34,617 bases of DNA. Origin: a virus (lineage: Duplodnaviria; Caudoviricetes). The notes under the pieces were generated by a model, which worked only from the letters and a program-made list of their open reading frames with translations, did no database searches and had not been told where the DNA came from. The DNA lies in the IMG/VR virus record IMGVR_UViG_3300047278_000021, positions 1 through 34,617 of that record. One strand, 5' to 3'. The position numbers were made by a program, and so were the translations under genes. The first letter of the stretch is position 1. Each line of letters opens with the position of its first letter. Shown here in pieces: positions 17,344-27,682 of this stretch.

Positions 17344-18888
17344 ATGGCTACACGCAGAGGCATCAATCAGCTAGTACAGCACAACGCAGCTCGTGTTGCA
17401 TCGTTGCCCTCGCCTATCGGCGGTTGGAACGTGCGAGACTCGATTGCAAATATGGACGTTGTTGACGCTGTGCAGCTGACTAATTTGTTTCCGTCAGTCA
17501 ATAACGTAGTGCTGCGACCCGGTTACACTAAGTTTGCAACAGGTTTGCCCGGTCAAGTGCAGTCTCTCATGGGCTACTCGTCAGGCGTTACAAACAAATT
17601 ATTTGCTGCTGTCGCTGATGAAATCTATGACGTAACTGCTGGTGGTGCTGTAACGTCACCAGACCTGTTTGGGCTGTCAAACGCTAAATGGGAATATGTA
17701 AACGTCACCACACCAGCTGGCGGCTACCTATATGCTGTAAACGGCGTTGATGATCCTATTGTCTATAACGGCACTACGTGGATCACGCCCACAATTACAG
17801 GCGTCAATCAGCAAGACTTAAACAACATTACAACATTCAAGAATCAAATTTGGTTCACTGAAAACGATACGCTTAAAGCGTGGTACTTGCCTACTTTGTC
17901 GATTCAAGGCGCAGCTGCTTCTATTGACATGAGCGCAGTCGCTCAGCTCGGTGGCACTCTCGTCAACGTAGGCACTTGGACAATTGATGCAGGCTACGGC
18001 GTTGATGATAATCTTGTCTTCATCACTTCAAATGGCGAAGTCATCGTTTACGCAGGAACAGATCCGTCAGATAGCACAAAATGGTCGCTGATTGGCGTAT
18101 GGCGTGTAGGTAAGCCAGTTGGTAAACGCTGCATGATTAAGTACGGCGGTGATATTGTCATCTTGACGTATAACGGCGTTTACCCACTTGCTGCGAGTTT
18201 GCAGTCTTCACGCTTAGACCCTCGCATTGCGTTGTCAGACAAGATCCAAGGCGCTTTTGCTTCTGCGACACAAACTTACGGCGATACCTTTGGCTGGCAA
18301 ATGATATTTGACCCCAAACATAACGCTTTAAGCGTAAATGTGCCAATCGCAGTAGGTCAACAGCAGCAGTACGTAATGAATAACATCACAAAATCATGGT
18401 GTAACTTTACTGGCTGGGCTGCTAACTGTTGGGAAATCTTTGAAAACGAGCCTTATTTTGGCGCTAACGGCTACGTTGCACACGCATGGGATGAGTCCTA
18501 CGCTGATGACGGTGCAAACATTAACGCTAACGCTTTTCAAGCTTTTAACTACTTCGACTCTCGTGGTGTCAAAAAATACTTTACACGAGCTAGACCTAGC
18601 CTGTTTACAAATGGCGCACCAGCAGTGTTTGTTGGGATGAACGTCGATTTTGACTTACAAGACACGACTGCATCACTAGCGTTTTCGCCTAGCAATTACG
18701 GTCTTTGGGACTCTGCTTTATGGGATGCGTCATTTTGGGGTGCAGACAACATTATCAGCAATAACTGGCAAGGGATCACTGGCATCGGCTACTGTGGCTC
18801 TACTCAGTTTAAGTCAGCTTCACAAGGTACAACTATCTTGTGGGCATCAACCGATATTGTTTATCAGCTCGGATGGGCTGGAATATAG
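17344..18888 (+). CDS. tail hub / tubular protein B (P22 gp10-like)
   Basis: P.PIGGWN..D, VVLRPGY; beta-propeller-like composition. ATG 17344 lies right after the upstream stop. Confidence 0.7.
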   Translation: MATRRGINQLVQHNAARVASLPSPIGGWNVRDSIANMDVVDAVQLTNLFPSVNNVVLRPGYTKFATGLPGQVQSLMGYSSGVTNKLFAAVADEIYDVTAGGAVTSPDLFGLSNAKWEYVNVTTPAGGYLYAVNGVDDPIVYNGTTWITPTITGVNQQDLNNITTFKNQIWFTENDTLKAWYLPTLSIQGAAASIDMSAVAQLGGTLVNVGTWTIDAGYGVDDNLVFITSNGEVIVYAGTDPSDSTKWSLIGVWRVGKPVGKRCMIKYGGDIVILTYNGVYPLAASLQSSRLDPRIALSDKIQGAFASATQTYGDTFGWQMIFDPKHNALSVNVPIAVGQQQQYVMNNITKSWCNFTGWAANCWEIFENEPYFGANGYVAHAWDESYADDGANINANAFQAFNYFDSRGVKKYFTRARPSLFTNGAPAVFVGMNVDFDLQDTTASLAFSPSNYGLWDSALWDASFWGADNIISNNWQGITGIGYCGSTQFKSASQGTTILWASTDIVYQLGWAGI

Positions 18889-19286
18889 TACAAGGCGCTG
18901 AAATAGGCGCTTGGGTAGCTGATCGAATTGCTGGCGAGTTTTACTCTGAAAGCAGTAGTGCTATTGGCTTACAGAAAGACGGTTTAACAGTAGCAGGCGT
19001 AATTTACGAAAACTGGAACAAAGCATCAATTTTTTGTCACATTGCAATTGAAGCAAGATTGACAAAAAAATATTTAAAAGCGATTTTTGATTATCCTTTT
19101 AATGTATGCGAAGTAAAGAAAATTATTGTTCCAGTAGTCTCAAATCACGTTAAAAGTATAAAATTAGTGACAAATATGGGATTCACTGAAGAAGCTAGAA
19201 TCATTGATGGTTCGCAAGACGGTGACATTATATTTTTGACAATGACAAAAGAAAATTGTCGGTTTTTAGGGGTTCGTTATGGGTAA
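18873..19286 (+). CDS. GNAT-fold protein of podovirus tail module
   Basis: AIG...G...AGVIYENWN...IFDYPF...N.KSIKLV..MGF.EEA. Confidence 0.7.
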   Translation: MGWNIVQGAEIGAWVADRIAGEFYSESSSAIGLQKDGLTVAGVIYENWNKASIFCHIAIEARLTKKYLKAIFDYPFNVCEVKKIIVPVVSNHVKSIKLVTNMGFTEEARIIDGSQDGDIIFLTMTKENCRFLGVRYG

Positions 19287-20751
19287 GTCTACCAGTCCAC
19301 CACCAGTGCCAGATTATTTAGCAGCAGCTAAAGAACAGGGCAAGCAAAACATTGACGCTGCACAGACTAGCTCACGTTTAAGCAACCCTAACATGGTGAC
19401 GCCTTACGGCACGCAGACAGTTTCGTACGGTGCGCCCACGTTTGATGAAACACGGTTCAACACTGATTTGGCAAATTATCAGCAAAACACAAAAAACATC
19501 AATCGAAACTCTTTTTATCAAACTGGCACATCAGATGACGGCTCACAATACAAATACTTTGACGATGCTGGCTATCAAGCGGCGTTAAAAGGCGCAGGCA
19601 CAGCACCTGATCGTAGTGCGTACACTTCTGTTGGCACGCCTACTGTCACGCAGACATTAACGCCTACAGCGCAAGCAACATTAGACGCACAGCAACGAGT
19701 ACAGCAACGTTTAGCGCAGCTCGGTGGCACTGCTATGGACAACGTGCAAGCAGTGTTGTCGCAGCCTTTTGTGCCTACTACGACTGAGATTAAGCACGAC
19801 TTTGGCGGTTACAAAGATGTGCCAAATGCTGCAAATTTCATGGCCAAGACAGATGTGCCGCTTCAATACGGTATTGACACAAGCGGCGTTGCAGCGATGC
19901 CAATCAACGCAGGTACAACAGCACAAGATTTGATCTTGCAGCGTTTGAACCCAACTATTCAAGCTGGCGATGTCTCTTTTAGGCAACAGCTTGCAAATCA
20001 AGGTCTTGCACCCGGAACCGAGGCTTACGATAAAGCGTTACGCAATCGTGAGATGAGCAAAAACGATTTATATAATCAAGCTGCTCTGCAAGGCATCAAT
20101 CTTGATATGTCTGCACGCAATCAAAGCGTCAACGAGCTGCTGAACTTAGGCAATTTTGGCAATCAAGCTCAGCTTGCTGGCGCTGGTTTGTACAACACAG
20201 CGATGGGTCAAAACTTCAATCAAGGCATCACAGATCAAAGTCTTGGCTACAATCAATCGCTAGGCAAAGCACAATTTCAAAACACTGCACAGCAGCAACA
20301 ACTTGCACAAGATTTGGCGTTGCGTAGTCAACCACTTCAAGAGCTTGCAGCAATTATGGGCGGTTCGCAGATCCAGCTGCCTCAGTTTTCAGGTTATCAA
20401 CCAGTCAACGTAGCTGCTTCGCCTACTTTTAACGCTACACAAGCTCAGTATCAAGGTCAGCTTGCAAGCACAAACGCTCAAAATGCTGCAAACTCACAAA
20501 TGATGCAAGGCTTATTTGGCCTTGGCGCAGCAGGACTTATGGCGCCTGTAGGCACGTTTTCTGATCGTAGATTAAAAACAAACATTAAACAAATTGGCAC
20601 AGCCGAGAACGGTCTAAACGTATATTCGTACAATTACATTTGGGGCGGCCCAACGCAATTAGGCTATATGGCTGATGAAGTTGAAAAGATTGCACCAGAA
20701 GCTGTTGGCGAACGTGACGGGTACAAAACCGTTGATTACGGGATGATTTAA
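19279..20751 (+). CDS. DNA pilot/ejection protein with C-terminal peptidase S74 chaperone domain
   Basis: MGKS..PP.PDY..AA N-terminus; Gln/Asn/Ala-rich body; SDRRLKTNIKQIG...GYMADEVE..PEAV...VDY. Confidence 0.75.
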   Translation: MGKSTSPPPVPDYLAAAKEQGKQNIDAAQTSSRLSNPNMVTPYGTQTVSYGAPTFDETRFNTDLANYQQNTKNINRNSFYQTGTSDDGSQYKYFDDAGYQAALKGAGTAPDRSAYTSVGTPTVTQTLTPTAQATLDAQQRVQQRLAQLGGTAMDNVQAVLSQPFVPTTTEIKHDFGGYKDVPNAANFMAKTDVPLQYGIDTSGVAAMPINAGTTAQDLILQRLNPTIQAGDVSFRQQLANQGLAPGTEAYDKALRNREMSKNDLYNQAALQGINLDMSARNQSVNELLNLGNFGNQAQLAGAGLYNTAMGQNFNQGITDQSLGYNQSLGKAQFQNTAQQQQLAQDLALRSQPLQELAAIMGGSQIQLPQFSGYQPVNVAASPTFNATQAQYQGQLASTNAQNAANSQMMQGLFGLGAAGLMAPVGTFSDRRLKTNIKQIGTAENGLNVYSYNYIWGGPTQLGYMADEVEKIAPEAVGERDGYKTVDYGMI

Positions 20752-20752
20752 T

Positions 20753-22282
20753 ATGGCTAACCAGATTGCACAAACGATGAACCCAATGGCTGCAATGATG
20801 GGGCCTGACGTTGCTCGTCAACAATACGAGCTTGCTCAAAATCAGCGTTATGCAGACATTTTGATGCAACAAGCGTTGCAAGAACAGCCTCAAGGTCAGA
20901 TGGTCTCTGGTCACTACGTAGCACCTAGCCCTGTGCAAGGTCTTGCTCAATTGCTAAAAGCTTATGTCGGTCGTAAAGCTTCTGATCTGATTCCTGAGCA
21001 ACAAGCAAAAGTTGCGTCTGCACAAATGCAACAGGTGCAAAATCTGTTTGGCGTTGGGGGCGGCACTGCACCATCTCAAGCACGAGATATGGCACTTGCT
21101 GGCGGCGCATTGCAAGGCGATGTTGGCCCTACAACAACTAACGCTGCTCGCATGGATGCTGTGCAAGCAGGCACTGGTTCTGCGATGCCAATCCCTATGG
21201 GCATGGATCGACGCACTGCAATGATGCAGTACATGATTGATCCGAAAGCGTATGCGACTGCTTTGTCATCGCATAGCTCACCTGCTGAAATTCAGAAAGT
21301 CGCTGCTGCTGCTGGTCTTGTACCCGGATCGCCACAATATCAAGCAGTTATGCAAGGCAACGTATTTAAATCGAATTTTGTTGCGCCTACGTCAGTAGCA
21401 CCGGGTGCAGGCATTGTTATGCCGGGTCAAAATAGACCGGGCTTTATTATGCCTGAGAAAGGTATGCTTACAAATCCTCAAACTTTAGGCGTTTCTTTAC
21501 AACCGGGTTATGCAGGTGCTCAAGGCACAATTAAAGGTACAGAAGCGTTAATGACAGGTATTGCAGGGCTAGCGACTACGCCACAAGCAAAGCTTAACGA
21601 GTCTAATCAGCAAGTTGCAAGCACGCAATTAGAGAACCTTGGCGGTGTTGGCGCAATTAACAACCCGTTTGCAGCGCAGACTGCTACAGCGTTGCCAATT
21701 ACGCCTCAGTCTAGCAATGCTGGCGTTGTGCTTGCGCCTAACCCTGTCGTGCAAGATACGCAAAAGCAGCTAAACACTAATTGGATGGAAAAGGTTTTAA
21801 GTCCTGCGATTGCGTCTGCTGAAAATGCTCAGAACACGATCAACAGCGTTAAGATTCTGCGTGGCTTGAACTTAGAAACAGGCTTTGGTGCTGATGCTAA
21901 AGCTGCTGCATCAAGCGTGCTTGCTTCTGCTGGTGTTAAAGGCGCTGAAAAATACGCTACAGACGCACAAATCTTTAAAACTGAAGGCGCTAAACAATTG
22001 CTGAACGTATTAGCTGCTCAAAAAGGCGTTGCATCTGAGACTGACGCTAAAAATGCTGCACAAACATACGCTAAGTTAGCAAACACGCCACAAGCGAACC
22101 AGTTTATCTTTGACTTAGCAGAAGCGATGGCAATGCAAGATCAGCGTAAAGCGTCTTATTTTCAAGAAGCTGCTGCAATACCTAAGCTACAAAATAACTT
22201 ACCTGCAATCAGCAATCAGTGGCGCAAAGTCGAAGGCTCTATTTTCCAATTGCCTTCAATGCAAAAGTATAAGGTGCAATAA
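20753..22282 (+). CDS. internal virion/ejection protein
   Basis: Gln/Ala-rich; GQMVSGHYVAPS..Q.LA motif; lies between ejection genes. Confidence 0.65.
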   Translation: MANQIAQTMNPMAAMMGPDVARQQYELAQNQRYADILMQQALQEQPQGQMVSGHYVAPSPVQGLAQLLKAYVGRKASDLIPEQQAKVASAQMQQVQNLFGVGGGTAPSQARDMALAGGALQGDVGPTTTNAARMDAVQAGTGSAMPIPMGMDRRTAMMQYMIDPKAYATALSSHSSPAEIQKVAAAAGLVPGSPQYQAVMQGNVFKSNFVAPTSVAPGAGIVMPGQNRPGFIMPEKGMLTNPQTLGVSLQPGYAGAQGTIKGTEALMTGIAGLATTPQAKLNESNQQVASTQLENLGGVGAINNPFAAQTATALPITPQSSNAGVVLAPNPVVQDTQKQLNTNWMEKVLSPAIASAENAQNTINSVKILRGLNLETGFGADAKAAASSVLASAGVKGAEKYATDAQIFKTEGAKQLLNVLAAQKGVASETDAKNAAQTYAKLANTPQANQFIFDLAEAMAMQDQRKASYFQEAAAIPKLQNNLPAISNQWRKVEGSIFQLPSMQKYKVQ

Positions 22283-24459
22283 TGGCAACACCTGATAACT
22301 TTAGTCAGCAATACGCCCCGTTAGCGACAAAAGTAGGTGATCAGCTCGGCGTTAGCCCTGATCTTCTGCTGACGCAATGGGGTCTAGAAACTGGTTGGGG
22401 TAAATCAGTAATCCCGGGCACTAACAATCTGGGCAACATTATGGACTTCTCTGGCGGCGGCGTTGCTGCTGTCGACAACTATAATGGTCGAACTGACAAG
22501 TATCGTGCTTTTGAGACGCCTGAAGCTTTTGGTGATCATTTTGTAGACTTAATTAAACGCAAGTATCCAAGCGTCGTAGGCTCAGGCAGTGATGCAGTAA
22601 AGTTTGCTACAGCTTTAAAACAAGGTGGTTATGCAGAGCATCCTGAGTACGTCGATGCAATTGTCAACACAGCGCAATCATTTAGACAACGGCCAGAAGC
22701 GATGAAATTTATTGCAAATGCAGCAACATCAGACGCAAACCCGCCAGCAATGTCAGCAAATGATCCTTTTGCTGATCTAAACACAAAATTTGCAATTGGC
22801 GCAGCGCAACCTACGCCAAATCGACAGCAAAACGCAGACAATCCATTTAGTGATTTAGACGCTAAATTTACGCTGCCAACTATTCAACAAGCTGCGCCAC
22901 AACAGACAGAAGCACCAAGAATGAGTGCTGGCGATGTTGCGTATGGTGCAGCAACAAACTTAATCCCTAGCGCGGTAAAGTACGGGACTGATATTGTTCA
23001 AGCGATTACAAATCCAATTGGTACTGCGAGCAGCATCCTCGACGTAGGCGCAGGTGCGTTGCAAAATGCGCTGCCTAAGCAAGTTGTTGATTTTGTTAAT
23101 CAATTCAATTCAAACCCAGAAGCAGCGCAACGTGCTGTTGCAGCAGCTAACGCTGTAGGCGGCGAATACGCTAAGAATTACGGCACTCTTGAAGGCTTTA
23201 AGAAACATTTAGCGACTGATCCTGTCGCTGTGTTGGGCGATTTGTCTGCACTGCTTACTGGCGGTGGCTCTGTAATGAGCAAAGTACCCGGTATTACAGG
23301 GCGTGCTGGTCAAGCTTATTCTTCTTTTGGCCGAGCAATTGACCCGTTAAACGTAGTAACAAAGCCAATCACAGGTGCTGCAAAATTAGCTGAAATGCTT
23401 GCTACGCCTACGCTTGGCATGACTACAGGCGCAGGTGCTGAAGCAATACGTGAAGCAGCAAAGTCAGGCGCAGCTGGCGGCACTCGTGCACAAGCGTTTT
23501 TAGATCAAATGCGTGGTAACGCACCAATCGAAAACGTTGTAAACACAGCAAAAGAAGCTGTAGCAGAGCTGTTTAAGAATCGTTCTGACGCTTACACATC
23601 AGGCATGGGCGGTGTTACGAAAAACACAGCTTTACTGGATTTTGCACCAATTGATCAAGCTGTTGCAAAAGCACAAAGCATAGGCAGCTTTAACGGCATC
23701 GAGATCCGTGGCAACGCAGCAGCAGCATTAAGAGAAATTGCAGATAAAGTCGCTGAGTTTAAAGCTGGTGATCCTGCTATCTTTAGAACTGTTGAAGGCT
23801 TTGACAAGCTAAAGCAAGCTATTGGCGACATTCAACAATCGTTACCGTACGGCACGCCTGCTCGCACAGTCGCAGATGGTTTATACAATTCTGTTAAAAA
23901 CGAGATTGTTAAGCAAGCACCAGATTACGCAAAAGTGATGGGCGATTACGAAAACGCTAGCGCATTGCTCAAAGACATTCAGGGCACCCTTTCGCTTAAC
24001 AAAAATGCAAACGTAGACACATCAATACGCAAATTGCAGTCGATTATGCGTAACAATGCGAACACAAACTATGGTCGCAGAGTCGATTTAGCAAAAGAGC
24101 TAGAAGCGACAGGTGTGCCGGGTGCTGATACGCTGTTCCCGCAGATTGCAGGGCAAATGTTGAATTCTAAGACGCCTCGTGGCATACAGGGCGGTGTACT
24201 GCCTGCAGCCGCTGGTGGTGCAGCTCTGACTGCTGCGTTTACAAACCCTATGGCTCTAATTCCAATAGCTGCTGGCGCACTTGCAAGCTCGCCTCGTTTA
24301 GTGGGCGAAGCAGCTTATTACGGCGGTAAAGCAGGCGGTGCTGCACAAAAACTTGCTGAAGCTTTAAAATCGTACTCAGATAAATCGCCAATTGACCCGT
24401 ATACATTGCGTATGCTTGCAACTAAACTAGGTCAACAACAGACTGAAGAACAGAGGTAA
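22282..24459 (+). CDS. ejection protein with N-terminal GH73/FlgJ-like glucosaminidase
   Basis: QWGLETGWG...NNLGNI...YRAFET...ALKQGGYAEHPEY catalytic motifs. Confidence 0.8.
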   Translation: MATPDNFSQQYAPLATKVGDQLGVSPDLLLTQWGLETGWGKSVIPGTNNLGNIMDFSGGGVAAVDNYNGRTDKYRAFETPEAFGDHFVDLIKRKYPSVVGSGSDAVKFATALKQGGYAEHPEYVDAIVNTAQSFRQRPEAMKFIANAATSDANPPAMSANDPFADLNTKFAIGAAQPTPNRQQNADNPFSDLDAKFTLPTIQQAAPQQTEAPRMSAGDVAYGAATNLIPSAVKYGTDIVQAITNPIGTASSILDVGAGALQNALPKQVVDFVNQFNSNPEAAQRAVAAANAVGGEYAKNYGTLEGFKKHLATDPVAVLGDLSALLTGGGSVMSKVPGITGRAGQAYSSFGRAIDPLNVVTKPITGAAKLAEMLATPTLGMTTGAGAEAIREAAKSGAAGGTRAQAFLDQMRGNAPIENVVNTAKEAVAELFKNRSDAYTSGMGGVTKNTALLDFAPIDQAVAKAQSIGSFNGIEIRGNAAAALREIADKVAEFKAGDPAIFRTVEGFDKLKQAIGDIQQSLPYGTPARTVADGLYNSVKNEIVKQAPDYAKVMGDYENASALLKDIQGTLSLNKNANVDTSIRKLQSIMRNNANTNYGRRVDLAKELEATGVPGADTLFPQIAGQMLNSKTPRGIQGGVLPAAAGGAALTAAFTNPMALIPIAAGALASSPRLVGEAAYYGGKAGGAAQKLAEALKSYSDKSPIDPYTLRMLATKLGQQQTEEQR

Positions 24460-24461
24460 TT

Positions 24462-25154
24462 ATGAGCTTTAACGGGAATGGCGTCTTTCAAATCAACACA
24501 GCAGGTCAACCTGTTGTTGCTGGCACTGTCATCAGCTCGACAACGTTTAACGCATTGACGACCGACTTAGCTGCAGGTCTGACGAACACAATCACTAAAG
24601 ATGGGCAATCTACACCGTTAGCCAATATCCCAATGGGTGGTTTCAGGATTACGGATCTTGCTGCTGGTGTCTCAGCTTCAGACGCAGTGCGATTAAGCCA
24701 GCTGCAAGGCAATACACTTAATTTCATGACTGTCTCTGGTACTGATGTGCTAACAGGTTCGCTTGTTCCGCCACTGTTAGCTTACGTGACTGGTGCAATG
24801 TTTAGCTTTGTCGTTGCAAACACGAACACAAGCACAGTCACGCTAAATATTGACGGTCTTGGCGCTAAAGCTGTCATGCGTAACGGCACTGAAGCTCTGC
24901 AAGCAGGCGATTTAACTGCTGGAAACATAGTCGTTGTAATATATGACGGTACAGAATTTCAGCTCATCTCTGTCGGCTTTGGCGGTGGTGCAACTGGCGC
25001 TGGTGGCGATAAAATCTTCATCGAGAACGGTCAAACTGTGACAACGAGTTACGCAATTCCATCGCTTTCTAACGCTATGTCAACAGGGCCAATCACTATC
25101 GCATCTGGTGCGACAGTGACAATCCCTGCTGGCTCGGTTTGGGCAATTATTTAA
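24462..25154 (+). CDS. proximal tail fibre protein
   Basis: Podovirus fibre N-terminus; NT..VTLNIDGLG.K motif; C-terminal FIENGQT...STGPITIA.G..VTIP.GSVWAII. Confidence 0.75.
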   Translation: MSFNGNGVFQINTAGQPVVAGTVISSTTFNALTTDLAAGLTNTITKDGQSTPLANIPMGGFRITDLAAGVSASDAVRLSQLQGNTLNFMTVSGTDVLTGSLVPPLLAYVTGAMFSFVVANTNTSTVTLNIDGLGAKAVMRNGTEALQAGDLTAGNIVVVIYDGTEFQLISVGFGGGATGAGGDKIFIENGQTVTTSYAIPSLSNAMSTGPITIASGATVTIPAGSVWAII

Positions 25155-25163
25155 GGGTTCAAA

Positions 25164-25388
25164 ATGTCAGGACAAATTAAACTTAAAGCACCAAGTCTAG
25201 GCGGCGATATTACGCTCACAGCTACAGACACAGCTTCAAGCGTCGTGTTGACGCTTCCTGCTGCGACAGCGACAGTTTTAGCATCATCAGCTGCGTCTGC
25301 GTCTGTGCTTAACACGGTGACTAATAAGATTCCCGTTGTCATTGGCGGCGTAACTTACTACTTGTTGGCTTCTACGTCAGCACTATAA
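25164..25388 (+). CDS. small fibre subunit
   Basis: G.ITL.A...AS...LTLPAATATVL motif. Confidence 0.6.
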   Translation: MSGQIKLKAPSLGGDITLTATDTASSVVLTLPAATATVLASSAASASVLNTVTNKIPVVIGGVTYYLLASTSAL

Positions 25389-25398
25389 AGGAAAGAAA

Positions 25399-26262
25399 AT
25401 GCCCTCAATTATCGGCGGTAGCACAGGCGTAGCACCATCACAATGGACAACAGCAGGTAGACCCTCTAGCCCATTAAACGGGCAATTGGGGTGGAACACT
25501 ACGCTTGCACAATTAGAAAGTTGGACGGGTTCGCAATGGCAACAAATTACATCGTTGTTGTATAGCATCAGCTATTTAGTTGTTGCTGGTGGTGGTGGTG
25601 GTGGCTCAAACGGCGGCGGCGGCGGTGGTGCTGGCGGGTTATTAGCATCTACAAGTGCAGTTACAGGCAGTACATCTTACCCAATCACTATCGGAAGTGG
25701 CGGTGCTGGTGCTTCTGGTTCTGCAAATGGATCAAATGGTACAAACTCTATTTTAGCGGGTATTGCAACAGCAATAGGCGGCGGTGGTGGCGGCGGTGCG
25801 GCGGCGGGAAGTAGCGGCGGTTCTGGAGGCGGTGGAAGTAGTGCTGGTGCTAATTATGCTGGCGGTGCTGGAACGGCTGGACAAGGTAACGCTGGTGCTG
25901 CTGGGGTTAATGGTGGGGCTTCCGGTGGTGGTGGCGGTGCGGGTGCTGCTGCTACGGGTGTTAATGGTGCAAACGGTTCAGCAAATTCAATTTCAGGCTC
26001 ATCAGTAACTTACGCTGGTGGTGGCGGCGGGATTTCTGGCGGTACGGGTGGCTCAGGCGGTGGCGGTGCGGCTGGCGCATCCGGTATTGTTAATACTGGC
26101 GGTGGTGGCGGTGCATATAATGGCGTATCTACTGGAGCTGGTGGCTCTGGCATAGTCATCATTTCTTACGCAGGCGCACAAAGAGGCACAGGCGGCACAA
26201 TCACATCTAGCGGTGGCAACACTATCCACACATTTACAACTAGCGGTACATTTACAGCCTAA
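25399..26262 (+). CDS. glycine-rich fibre-tip/receptor-binding protein 1
   Basis: WTTAGRPSSP..GQLGWNTT; YLVVAGGGGGG; GGSGIVIISY; IHTFTTSGTF. Confidence 0.75.
   Translation: MPSIIGGSTGVAPSQWTTAGRPSSPLNGQLGWNTTLAQLESWTGSQWQQITSLLYSISYLVVAGGGGGGSNGGGGGGAGGLLASTSAVTGSTSYPITIGSGGAGASGSANGSNGTNSILAGIATAIGGGGGGGAAAGSSGGSGGGGSSAGANYAGGAGTAGQGNAGAAGVNGGASGGGGGAGAAATGVNGANGSANSISGSSVTYAGGGGGISGGTGGSGGGGAAGASGIVNTGGGGGAYNGVSTGAGGSGIVIISYAGAQRGTGGTITSSGGNTIHTFTTSGTFTA
26158..26199 (+). repeat. 42-bp exact repeat (partner 27478-27519)
   Basis: ATCATTTCTTACGCAGGCGCACAAAGAGGCACAGGCGGCACA in both Gly-rich genes. Confidence 0.9.
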
Positions 26263-26276
26263 TTAAGGAGAATATT

Positions 26277-26624
26277 ATGGGTCATTTTGCCAAAGTAGTT
26301 GACGGTAAAGTCACGCAGGTCATTGTTGCAGAACCAGAGTTTTTCGAGTCATTTGTTGACACAAGCCCCGGATCTTGGATTCAGACTTCATACAACACCC
26401 AAGGTGGCGTACACAGAAACGGTGGCACACCACTACGCAAGAATTATGCAGGCGTGGGTTACACCTACGATGCCGTGCGTGATGCGTTTATCCCGCCTCA
26501 ACCATTTGCGTCTTGGCTGCTGAACGATGACACTTGCTTGTGGGAAGCGCCTGTTGCTGTACCTGCTGACGACAAGAGCTACGCATGGGACGAAGCCACG
26601 ACTTCGTGGAAAGAAATCGTTTAA
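26277..26624 (+). CDS. conserved fibre-associated protein
   Basis: MGHFAKV...WIQTSYN...RKNYAG.GYTYD..RDAFIPPQP; AAGGAG RBS. Confidence 0.75.
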   Translation: MGHFAKVVDGKVTQVIVAEPEFFESFVDTSPGSWIQTSYNTQGGVHRNGGTPLRKNYAGVGYTYDAVRDAFIPPQPFASWLLNDDTCLWEAPVAVPADDKSYAWDEATTSWKEIV

Positions 26625-26637
26625 TTAAGGAAATATT

Positions 26638-27582
26638 ATGTCACTTGACGTTCAAGGTGTTGACTATCTAAAACTGCCCGTAGGTACAACGGCTCAACGC
26701 CCTACTATCCCTGCAAGTGGCATGATTCGACAAAACTCTACTACTGGGTTTCCAGAATGGTATGACTCTGTAAGTGCAGCGTGGATTCAATTCAACAAAG
26801 CACCTAATTATTCAGTTAGCTATCTTGTTATCGCAGGCGGCGCAGGCGGCGGTTATGCTTACGCAGGTGGCGGTGGCGCAGGCGGTTTATTAGCGTCTAC
26901 AGCATCATTGACATCTGGCTTAGGCTACACAATCACAATTGGTGCAGGCGGCGCAGGCGGCACATCTGGGTCAACAACTGGCGCTAATGGCTCAAACTCA
27001 GCAATCGTTACTGTAGCAACAGCAACTGGCGGCGGCGGTGGATCTGCTGGCTTTACAGGCACAGCGGGTAGCGCAGGTGGTTCTGGCGGCGGCGGCGGTG
27101 GCAATAACGGCGCACCGGGCGCAGGCGGCGCAGGCACAAGTGGGCAAGGTAATGCAGGTGGTTCTGGGCAAAACAATTCGTTAAGCGCACCGGGCGGCGG
27201 CGGCGGTGGCGCATCTGCTGTTGGCGCAACTGCTGTTAGTAATGGCGGCGCAGGCGGTGCAGGATCATCAAGCAGCATTAGTGGTGCAGCAGTAACTTAC
27301 GCAGGCGGTGGCGGTGGAGGTTGTGGTCCTGCAGCAAGCGCAGGTGCAGGTGGTGCGGGTGGCGGCGGTGCAGGTTCAAACTCTACAGTAGGCTCTGCGG
27401 GAAGTGTTAACCTTGGCGGTGGCGGCGGGGGCGGTGCTAATAGCAGTGCAGGCGGCGCTGGTGGTTCTGGCGTAGTAATCATTTCTTACGCAGGCGCACA
27501 AAGAGGCACAGGCGGCACAGTCACATCAGTCGGTGGGTTTACTATTCATACGTTTACTTCGAGTTCAACATACAACGCATAA
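26638..27582 (+). CDS. glycine-rich fibre-tip/receptor-binding protein 2
   Basis: LKLPVGTTAQRP...GMIRQN.TT; paralog of 25399-26262. Confidence 0.75.
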   Translation: MSLDVQGVDYLKLPVGTTAQRPTIPASGMIRQNSTTGFPEWYDSVSAAWIQFNKAPNYSVSYLVIAGGAGGGYAYAGGGGAGGLLASTASLTSGLGYTITIGAGGAGGTSGSTTGANGSNSAIVTVATATGGGGGSAGFTGTAGSAGGSGGGGGGNNGAPGAGGAGTSGQGNAGGSGQNNSLSAPGGGGGGASAVGATAVSNGGAGGAGSSSSISGAAVTYAGGGGGGCGPAASAGAGGAGGGGAGSNSTVGSAGSVNLGGGGGGGANSSAGGAGGSGVVIISYAGAQRGTGGTVTSVGGFTIHTFTSSSTYNA

Positions 27583-27596
27583 CGCTTTATATGTTT

Positions 27597-27630
27597 GCAG
27601 CAGTGCTAACTTTACCGTTAGTGCTGCTGT
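27597..27630 (+). terminator. intergenic hairpin (terminator or processing site)
   Basis: 14-bp stem GCAGCAGTGCTAAC/GTTAGTGCTGCTGT with 3 G-U pairs; weak U tract. Confidence 0.5.
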
Positions 27631-27682
27631 GTAATTTGTTACTAATACCTTGGGCAATATTTGCAATATTTAAGGGTAAATA

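Noticed and set aside
25580-27470. GGY-rich tandem repeats and Pro-rich antisense ORFs (26925-27278, 27297-27482)
   Set aside because: Explained by poly-Gly coding on the + strand.
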